Shown piece after piece: positions 52,671-64,000 of a stretch of 64,000 nt of DNA. The stretch covers positions 186,001 through 250,000 of the forward strand of contig JBBPEB010000033.1 in NCBI GenBank assembly GCA_039096225.1, in the 5' to 3' direction. The notes beneath the pieces were generated by a model. The model did not search any database. It worked only from the letters and a program-made list of their open reading frames with translations, and was not told the DNA's origin. Within the stretch, counting starts at the first letter, position 1; every line of letters begins with the position of its first letter. The position numbers were made by a program, and so were the translations under genes. Source of the stretch: Blastocystis sp. Blastoise. Taxonomy: Eukaryota; Protista; Bigyra: Opalinata.

Positions 52671-53514
52671 TTATTAATGTACTCATAAATATATATAATA
52701 ATAACAAAATAGTATTTAGGAATATACTAATTATATTTCCATCCTTAATCTCAAATAGCATCCATTTTATATTTGGTTTTGCAGCATCAGCAGGTTCAGC
52801 CCACTATATTTATTAATATTATATTATAATATATTATATATTATAAAATAATAAGTATACATATTAAATAACATAACATCAATATCATAAACATATATAC
52901 TTTCATAACAACGCCTTTATAAACTAAACCAGTATTTTTATCTTTTTGTAATGCACCTGAAAGACCGAAGCTTGGAGTTTCCTTAATAACTTTCTTACCA
53001 TCTTTTTCTACTATTTGAATTTCTTCATCTGTTCTATTTTTATTTTCATCAGTGGAATTATTTTTTGATTCTAACCTTGAATTTGATTTGGCTGAATTAT
53101 CTGATTTATGACTCATAGAAGAATTCTTTGAGTAACTTCTACGATGTTCAGATTGATAAGATTTATTATTTGAATTAGATTTTGATGAACTCCTCGAACG
53201 TGACGATGATCTTGAAATAGATCTTGAGACAGATCTTGATATAGATCTTGAGACAGATTTTGAACCTGATCTTGATATAGATCTTGATATAGATCTTGAG
53301 ACAGATCTTGATGCAGACCTTGAATAGGAGAGAGAACGAGAATTTGACCTAGATTTTGATGAAGATCTGTAATGATAAGGACGTCTATGTGAACGATCAT
53401 TAGATCGACTACGACTTCTGGAGAATCTTCTTCTTGAAGATGACCTACTTCCTATGAAAATCATTTACACTATTTTTATTTGAATAAAAGAATACTTCTT
53501 CGATAAGAACCCAT
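52202..53514 (-). CDS. SNIP1: FHA-domain RES-complex protein SNIP1/Pml1 (4 introns)
   Basis: RS-rich N-terminus; PSFGLSGAL, WAEPADAAKP..KWMLF, FLFGRD, HASISKQHAVIQFR, KPYIMDLDSANGTFLN, RYIEL, FGASTRSYVLL. Confidence 0.92.
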
Positions 53515-53824
53515 GAATTTAAAAATAAATAACTTTTCGCTTTGAAAAATTAGTTTATTTTTTTTATTTTTCTTTGTTATTTAAAAAAAATATTATACAT
53601 CTCATAGATTATAATATAAAGTGAAGCAAAACACATACTTTGATGTTTTTTATTCATAGAATCATGCATCCATTTTATATTTAGAATGAATACAATTCTA
53701 AGAATAGTATAAAAAAAAGAAAAAAAGAAATTAAAAAAATTAGAAAAGTAAATCACAAAGATAGCAGAAAGGAAAAACAAGAAAGAGAAAAATATCTGAA
53801 TAGATAAAAAAAAAAGAATTAAAT

Positions 53825-54416
53825 TTAAAACAACCCCGGGTAATTGAATTCAGTAGAATTCGTGTCACGAACTTTATTGATATTTGATAACTGCATTACT
53901 AGATTTCTATTTTCATATTGTAAATACTCATTCTTCTTCCTGATTTCAGTAATTGTCTTATCACGATCTTCAATTAATTGAGACAATGTATTCACAGTAC
54001 GTGCATCTATTTCTTGTTTTTTTATTTTTAACTGTGCTTTACACTATATATATAACTCATTAATAACAATATAATAAGTGTATAAAAGAATTCAAAAAAA
54101 TTAATAAAAAAAAAAGATCCCAAAAAAAGAAAAAAAAATATACAAGTTCTCCTTTAAGAGTATTAATTGTTTCTTGTTTTTGTTGACATTCGTTAGTTTT
54201 TGAAACTAATAAACCCTGAAGTTTCCTTATTTCTTTAAGACATTGTTCAACAGAAATAGCTTCGGTAGTGTCTTGAGATGCTTCATTTATAGAACCATTA
54301 CATCTTTTGTAACGAGGAAAAAGTGTGGGTGAATTTTTAGACTGATCTGCATCAGACTCAAAATCAAAATAAGAACGTTTAGTAGGTTTCATCATTGTAG
54401 GATTATGAGCTAACAT
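53825..54416 (-). CDS. Two-exon coiled-coil protein
   Basis: In-frame GTATAT...TATAG intron; heptad-like CLKEIRKLQGLL...LQYENRNLVMQL; ends NYPGLF*. Confidence 0.65.
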
Positions 54417-55429
54417 GAATTCTAAAGAATAAAGGTTATAGCGATATGGTCAGTAAGACGACTTTAATAAATATATAAGATTTACATTAAATATAAATTG
54501 GCTTTCTGGAAATATCGATTGACTCGTTGAATAAAAAACATAAACAGTTCTTCTTTCAAAACGAAATATGATTCAAATACTGAAAAAATCTTCAAACTGC
54601 ACTCATTTTCTATTATTCCCCACGAATATTTCAATACCACTATTCGTCGTCTTGATGACTATACATCTATGAAGAGTCAACAAAGCAGAACCAGCTCTTT
54701 CTTCAAACTTCTCTTCTCTTCATTTTCTTTAGTTATGAAGTATTTAAAAAGAAAATATAAATAGGGAAACCATATATACATAAGTTTGAACTATTTTATA
54801 AAACTTATATTGGGCTCTACAACGTGCAATTAGTAATTTCTAGAAGTTTGTAAGTTGTGTCATTTCATTTTTTGTATATTAAAAAGAGTAAAGAAATGCT
54901 CTATATTATAATTATTATATTAAAAACATTTTCTTTATGAATTGTCATTTCTATTTATGACTATCTTATGATGTTTTATGAATGATTGAATAATTTTTTA
55001 ATAGATACAACGAGAAAAGTCTTTTATTAGTTTTAATAGAATCACTTATTCAATCAAATTTCTTTTCATTTAAATTTTGATAATGAAAAGTATGAAACAA
55101 ACTTTTTTTTTTTACTAATAACAAAATATGTACTTTTTATATACTATCTTCTACTGCCAAAAAATAGTAACATTCAACGTGTATTGTTTTCTTTTTATTA
55201 TTTTTGCATATTTTTAAATATTAGTGAATTATTTGAGTTAACTAGCATGTTTCTATTGAAATCAGAAAAATTAGCACAATATAATAAGATAATTCATATT
55301 TTTTTTTAAGTTTTCATTCACTAAATTATTTTATATCTGGTTTCAAATGAATAAAAATGATCAAATCAATCAGTAGGTGACTAACAAGGTATTCTATCTT
55401 TAAATTAAGAATAACAAAATTAGATTTTT

Positions 55430-56235
55430 GATCTAGGAAGGATATTCCTAGAGTCTTTATAGTCCTAAGACATTCTAACTATTTTGTAATATCAAGTATT
55501 TTAATAATTATTGTTATTCATTAACTTTTCCAATTCACAAAGTGTTGGAATCGGTGTTAATTATTCATTTATAGTTTAGAAATGAAGAAGATGCTGCTAT
55601 ACTACTTTCTGTTGTTGTCAATTCTACCTCTCATGATCATTACTTCTCATTCTTCAGTTTTTTTCTTCTTTTAAACTGGTTTCGATAATAATAATGATAA
55701 GTATCGTCTGAATATGTTTTGAGAGTTATACAAAACAAACTAGATAGATTAATACAACAATATTTGATTGTTGGAGTCATTTCGATTCATTTATAGGAAT
55801 TGTTTTTATATGTTATATGCATTTCTATATAATTATAATTTAACAGATTACTTGCTGATATTGAAGAACTATCTCAAAAAGGATTTTGCTTATTTATATA
55901 TGTTTTCTTTACTACAATAATTTATTCCATTCTTGGTCAAGTATACTCTCTCCATGAGTATATATATTATATTTTATCCATTTTATAATTATATATGCTA
56001 AAATAAAATATAAATATACTATTTATATTCCACCTTTCTCTCTTTTATAACAATATATTTATTATATTATTCGGTAGTATTATTAGTATTATTAATCAAC
56101 TCGTTACATCTTCTTTTTCAATTATATATACATTTATCATCTCTATTCTTATAGTTGATTCTTCTTGTATTATTCCTGATTCTGATATACATGCTATATT
56201 TATTCTAAAAGAACCTTTGAGTCTCTCTCCATGAA
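55430..56235 (+). pseudogene. Possible degenerate multi-exon gene fragment
   Basis: Several exon-like, less AT-rich segments are bounded by TAG acceptors and GTATAT donors, but I could not join them without stops. Confidence 0.25.
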
Positions 56236-56610
56236 GTATATATATGTATATAATACTTTTTTGGTGTTGTTGTCAATAATAAAATTGTTTTTGAACATAA
56301 TAATCTATAAATTTCTCTCTTTATATATACATTTTATTTATATGGCATTCTATATATGTTATTATATGTATTATTTATACTTTCTAAAGAATATTTGCTT
56401 CATATATTTGTCACTTTTTATGTATTATTTTTTATCTATATTATAGCAAATGTGACGATAAGACAGCGTCTGTAATTATTATCGTTGTCTTCTCTCTAAA
56501 AATATATACCTTGAGAAGAAATACAAACACATTTTTATAATTACTTTTATTTAGGATATCAACAAGTTAATATAAAGGTATATATAGGTATAATTATACT
56601 AGTTGCAATA

Positions 56611-56830
56611 TATTGATTGCTTTATTATGTAAAAAATACTAAATATTTATGATATGTATTGATTGCTTTATTATGTAAAAAATACTAAATATCTATGATA
56701 TGTATTGATTGCTTTATTATGTAAAAAATACTAAATATCTATGATATATATTGATTGCTTTATTATGTAAAAAATACTAAATATCTATGTTATATATTGA
56801 TTACTTTATATAAAATACTAAATATTTATA
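56611..56830. repeat. 46-bp tandem repeat, about 4.7 copies
   Basis: Unit tattgattgctttattatgtaaaaaatactaaatatctatgata.. starts at 56611, 56657, 56703, 56749 and 56795. Confidence 0.9.
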
Positions 56831-58449
56831 ATATATCATGAAATTCTCTTCTTTCTCCTCATATCAATATATCTACTATTCTCAATTTATATGTGTCTTC
56901 TAAAGAATAACAGCTTTTTCTTTCTATCAAAGTATCTAAAACACAGAATAAGACTGATTCTATTCATTATACAGATAACAATAGTCACATGAAACATAGT
57001 TCTAGTAATAATATTACTAGAATCTCTAGAACTCTAAATAATGCTAATTATAAAAGTATGTCACCAATATTATACATCTCCTTTTTCTATACATAATACA
57101 CAAATCTCTATGATTAAAACGATATATTGATCTATTTCATAATCTCAAATATATACTATTTAATCTTTTATTCAAAATGATTCCACTATTCCTCTATCTT
57201 CTTCTCCAATCAAAAAGCATTTATCATATATCTCAATTCTCCTTATTCTCCTCGAATAAAGTGTCCTACAACTATATATATATATATATATATCTACTAA
57301 TACTTATAATATTATTAGTTAACTTTCCAAAAAACACTCTAAATCCTTCTCTTTAAGGATAGTTATTCATATTTCATATTTGTATATTTATTTTCTTCAT
57401 GTTCTATCGAATCTATTTTAATTAAACAAGATATATTCAAACTAATCCTTTCTTCTTGCCAAATAATAATACCTTCTTCTTCTTCTCCTTCTCATTCTAT
57501 AGTTTACCGTTTATTATCTTCAATTTTAAGACTTTTACTTAAAAGATATATTGCTACTCTTCAAATAATAATCTTACTAAACAAGAGGTCAAGTCATTCT
57601 TTATTATGAAAAAATCTCATTTTGACAAGAGTAAATATTCATTTTGTTCAGCAAAATCAATAGTGATAAACATTTGTATTGTCTTATTTTGCCTTACTAA
57701 CATTTGTTAAGATCAGTATAAACAAAATAAATCAAATTCTAGCTATTTTGAAATAATATTAGAATTATAAATGATCGTGATTATCTATGATTTGAACTCG
57801 GATATTTATTAATATGTATTCTGTGATCTCTACAACATGCAATAAAACAAATTTAAGCATTTATCTCATTGCTTATAATGGAAAAATAGTTAATCACCTT
57901 TCATTCGTGATGGATCATTTGATATATTATTTAATAGAATTGAATATATTATGTTTTCAGTGTATCAACCCTTTTGAAGATCTTTGATTCTCAGTATTAT
58001 ATCTGAAATCGTCAGTTTTTTCAATTGAATCTTTGTAAACAGTCATGTAAAAAAAGGCATTTTTGTTTTATTGGTTTTTTTATAAAGGAATGCTTTTGTA
58101 TACAGTTTGTCAAATAAAATATTGTTGCTTATCGGAAATTGATTGGCTAATTTCTCTTATGACATTGCAGTTTCGATTCTGTTGCGTCATTTGTATTCTT
58201 GTTCTAATCAAATGAGATTTGTTTTAAATCAAGTCCACAATTTTCTAAACCTGCGTCATCTATTGACTCAGATATGGAGTAATCCTGTTTCTCCAATTTT
58301 ATCCAATTATATTTCTTTATTTTAATACAGAAAAAAAATGATGCTCTTTTTTTCCTGTATCTCTGCTTTTTTTTATGGTGTTTAAATGAATGGTTGGCTA
58401 TGTCATGAATACTTTGTTTTTCCTATTTTTTTTGTTTTTATTGAACTCA

Positions 58450-59431
58450 ATGGAACATAAACGACTTATTATTAATATAATCTTGTCTCATTTTTCTATA
58501 TGCTATTCTCTTAATAAAGAGTGCTGTAATGAACATGATGTTTTATGTGAAGAAATCAGAAACGATTATGATCATATTCTTAAAAACCTGAATGATCCAA
58601 AACATTACGAAATATGTCAAATATGCCAAGTATACAATCAAGAAATTCAACACCATCACTCTAAGACTTGTACACTTACCAAATGTGTATTCCGAACCGT
58701 TTGTAGATTCTACATTTTTGCAAGACATTTTCTCATTTGTACAAAAAAAAATGAAAACAAGTGTAAATTCTGCAGAGATAATCAGTATATTCATATATTC
58801 AAATAACATTATTTATATATATTTATTACTTGAGAAATTATTTTACTCATTTATAGGAATCATTTATATATATATATTTTAACTATAGTACTTTATTTAA
58901 AATAATGGAGACTTGTACTGAACATCCTGAGGTAACTGCGACTGGTATTTATCAGAAAGCTTCACTAGCTATTGAACATATTAAAATATGTAAACGACGT
59001 GTATATATTATTATTTCATCTTTATTTCTCTTATCCTTGTGTATATAACGATAATTTACTTTTTTTATTATCTTTATTATTGATACTTCAATAGAATAGT
59101 ATAATTAGTTTTCATAAAAATATCTCTATATTTTGTTATTTCTTCTATTATATATATATATCCCTATAGGACTGTTGGGTATGTCATGTTCCCTATTTAG
59201 AAAAACAAGGGCTATTCAATGAATTTGAGTCAAAGAAACCTAAATCTCTTAAGGTTAAAGAAACAAAGAATCATGATTCTTTGAAAAGTAATTTCTATCT
59301 GAATTATCCTTATCAAGTAGATACCATGAATATGAATAATAAAAATATTATGAATAAAAATATTATGAATAATAATAATATGAATATTATGAATAATAAT
59401 AATAATAATAGTAATAGTGATAATAATAAAG

Positions 59432-59479
<48 letters not shown>

Positions 59480-60624
59480 GTAATAATATGAATAATATGA
59501 ATAATATTTTGAATAAAAATAATATTATGAATAAAAATAATATTATGAATAAAAATAATATTATGAATAAAAATAATATTATGAATAAAAATAATATTAT
59601 GAATAAAAATAATATGAATAAAAGTATTATGATTAATAATAGTAAAAACAATAAGAACAGTAAGCCTTCTAATTCGTATTATCATGACAAACTATCTTCA
59701 GTGTTCAATCAGTATTCCTCAGTACCTATTGCTGAAGAAGAATATCTTCCTTCTTATTCTTCATATACTAACTCTATAACTAATCCATCTATACCTTTCT
59801 ATTCTCAATATTCACATAAAACTATTTATCAAGACTTTCCAAAAGAGAATCCTCAAGATTATTCTCAAAATAATCACGATTATTCCCAAGATTATTCTCA
59901 GAATAATCACGATTATTTCCAAGATTATTATCAAAATAATCACGATTATTTCCAAGATTATTATCAAAATAATCACGATTATTTCCAAGATTATTCTCAA
60001 AATAATCACGATTATTTCCAAGATTATTCTCAGAATAATCATGATTATTCCATGATCCATTCATCGACTTCATCTCCTTCTATTTCTATATCAACAAATA
60101 GTTCTATTAGTTCTATGTATTCACCTCATCAACCTTCAACTTCATATGATTTGGTCTTCAGAGATGAATATATATATGAACCTTATGAGTATTATAATAC
60201 TATTCAAGACGATCAATTTGAATACTCTAAGAATAAGAATAATCGCGGGAATTTAGTGAAACCATCTCTAAATGAATGGAATCATTGTAATGCAGACATT
60301 CCATCTTCTTCTTCTTCTAGAAACATGTCTTCTTATAATTATATTCATGATTTTAATGAGAATATTATTTATCAATACAAAGAACCTGTTGAAAGTTATT
60401 CTTCTTACTCGAATTACCCTATAGATTCCCACGGGAATAAACACATATTTGAGGAAGATATGAATATGCCTTATTTAAAACATGGTCGCACTTGTTTCTA
60501 TCCCTCTTTCCCGCCAACAAATCCCCCTTATTATGAACGTACTATTCAGAATTCTGTTCCTGAAGAAACTGTTTATTGTGAACAATATAAACAGAATAAT
60601 ATGTTTTATCGTCGATTCTTATAA
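58450..60624 (+). CDS. TAZ-like zinc-finger protein with long N/Q/Y/S-rich low-complexity tail (2 introns)
   Basis: H-x3-C...C...C patterns (SHFSIC..C..LC; HSKTCTLTKC..VC; RHFLIC...CKFC; EHIKICKRRDCWVC), followed by an Asn-rich region. Confidence 0.62.
59855..60050 (+). repeat. Coding 30-nt tandem repeat, about 6 copies (QDYxQNNHDYF)
   Basis: caagattatt(c/a)tcaaaataatcacgattatttc repeated; a second 18-nt repeat (NNIMNK) lies at about 59510-59610. Confidence 0.85.
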
Positions 60625-62931
60625 GCTAATTTATTAATATGTTTATTTTCTACAGTTTTTAATCAGTTTTATATTATTTATATATAAATAATTATATACT
60701 TATGTATAAATATAATTATATATATATGTATATTATTAAATTATTATGCCACTTCATTTATTTTTATATTATAATACTATTTTGTGTGTTATTCATTTTC
60801 TATGATATATATATCTAATATATGAAATAGTTGATAACACACACTGATTTTCATTAGGGTTTTTATTCATTATGTCTCGTTTTATAAAATGATATTTATT
60901 TATGATTCTTCGTTGTTGAATCTCTTCCGTGTTTTATTTATGATTTTTATCATATTGTGTTAAATATATATATTTTCTTATCTTTCATTTTTCTTTGAAG
61001 TATATTTATTAAATTATTCTATCTTTCATTTCTCTTAGTTAATTTGTTCTTAATTAACTCGTATGAAATTTTTATTATAAATAGTTATTGATACTCTTTT
61101 TATTATATATATAAGCGTGAATAAATCACAATATCATTATATGTATATATATTACTACTTTTTGGTCTTCATACGTGTTTCAATTATGTATTTCTATATA
61201 TAGTTTTCAATTTATGGGGTTAATCTATATGATTAATCATTATTACAATATTTATATACATATATATATTTTATTTATTGTATAATTAGATATTAAATGA
61301 CAATTTAGTTTGCAAACACGCTATTATTTGTTATTTATATATCGATTATCTTTATCCTTATTCTCAAATCATTCTTATTGTTTCTCTTCTTGTATTCATT
61401 TCTCTTTTCCATTTTATGCTGTTCTCTTTTCATATACTTATTTAAATTCTATTCATCATCTTGTTATAATGGAATACAATATACTATAGTAGTTCTTAAA
61501 ATAATATATATTTATACAGTTTCATTTAAGAGTAATTTCTTTTCTGATATATCTTATGTTTTAATATTTTAATTTCTCTTAACTGATTCTATATATTTTT
61601 GTAATTTCTCAATCATATTATTGTAATTCATCTATATTCTTCTCTTTAAAATCGATGGTAATTCTACCCGTTTTCAACAGAATAACATTCATCATTTCTA
61701 TATATATAATAGGTCTATATATATTTTTTGTCCTTATATTCTTTCTTATTCTCTCTATCTTTATTTAGTTACAAATATAGAGAGATATGTACCATTATCT
61801 CTATCTTCTTTTAGAATTCATTTTTTTTAAAAATAAATGAATCTCGTTAACTTGTTTAACACTTTTCCAGTTTTATTAACATATATATCTATATAATTCT
61901 TATTCCATAGTTATTTAATTATACCATTTTAATAGTCATTTTTTTTTCTGTTATTGTTTTTCTATATATATATGGTGTTATTTTTAATAATATATACATA
62001 AAGGATGAGTTGGACATAGATTGCAGTACATTTTATATATAATTATATTTATATGTCTAATTCAGGTATCATTTATTATATATTCTTTTACATATAACAT
62101 AAATATATAATCGTGTAGTATTTGATATGGAAACTTGTTTTGTTCCTATTTTTACACTTATAATAGTAAATACAGTTTATTTCTTGTAATATGTTATTAT
62201 GTATTATTATAACAATATACGTTTCCTTCAGTATTGAACGAGATATTCAATTCATATGTTTAACTAATTGTTATTCATTCTCTACATTCATGAAAAGACT
62301 ATTTATTGTGTTATATATATATATAACTTATATTATATATATTATTATCCACAATCAACTAGTTATTATATAATCTTTTAAACATTAGTTTTTATTAGAC
62401 TATTCTATTATATACATTGATATAGATATGTATATATAATATTATTTAAAAAATATATAGTATTATGATTCTTCACTCCTTATGATTGCTAGTTATTATC
62501 TTATAATAGATTCAACAACAAATTATGTCAATCACTAATTGATTCTATAAGTCTTCACTAGTAATGAAACACACTAAAAGTATTTTTAAAATAGATGTTT
62601 ACAATAATACATAATATATTATATATATAGTATTGTTTTTCATTTTTAAAATTAAATGTAACCTAACAATATTACTATTAGAAACATTGCAAATATATGT
62701 TAAGAATCTGATATCAGAGAACTCTATTAATGAACATAGAATGAAGACTATCAAGATATATATATAAATAATGAATATATATATAGTATAATATTGAAAA
62801 AGAGTGATTTATATATATAGTAAAAAGAATGAAATAGAATAACAGAATGCAAATAATTGAATTGTTTAAAATGATTTGAAGTGATATTCTACTAATCAAA
62901 CTATATAATAATAATAATAATAATAAATAAA

Positions 62932-63890
<959 letters not shown>

Positions 63891-64000
63891 ATGAATATAC
63901 ATACGTAATGAATCTAACTATATAATATATATATAATTATTATTAATTCTTTTAAAACTTAAAATCATTGAATATGAATATATACAAATTGTCGTTTCGT

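Noticed and set aside
56611-56830. Regularly spaced repeats resembling a CRISPR array
   Set aside because: Head-to-tail 46-bp units with no unique spacers, no cas genes, and a eukaryotic context.
60700-62700. 2 kb ORF-free region as a possible element or ncRNA locus
   Set aside because: No terminal repeats, coding signal or structure that I can support.

Overview
Very AT-rich, gene-dense, intron-rich eukaryotic DNA read with the standard code; every complete gene I traced has a genome-encoded stop. The content (U12 intron, bacterial-type sialic-acid gene, Big_5 secreted protein, EWGWC-type enolase) suggests a gut-dwelling protist, possibly a Blastocystis-like stramenopile, but this is inference only. 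Manual splicing gives about 17 genes: ICT1-like GGQ hydrolase, BSD protein, catalytically degenerate ODC paralogue, amino-acid transporter, an 18 kb VPS13 with PDZ/C2/PX, an intronless NanE-ROK fusion, ZCCHC17-like, MaoC dehydratase, DDX42, DNAJC7, a Big_5 protein, a 2-TM protein, EHD, a small ORF, enolase, SNIP1, a coiled-coil protein, a TAZ-finger protein and a partial S1/P1 nuclease. The main result concerns splicing. Of roughly 100 introns traced by eye, one is a textbook U12 AT-AC intron. Five others are best explained by non-canonical termini (TT-AG, GG-AG, GT-AA, GT-AC, AT-AG), each a single substitution in the local GTAT(A/G)T...ATAG consensus. Also notable are the ODC half-enzyme preceded by stacked in-frame uORFs, the probable laterally acquired NanE/NanK-type fusion lacking the ROK zinc cysteines, and the VPS13-PX fusion.
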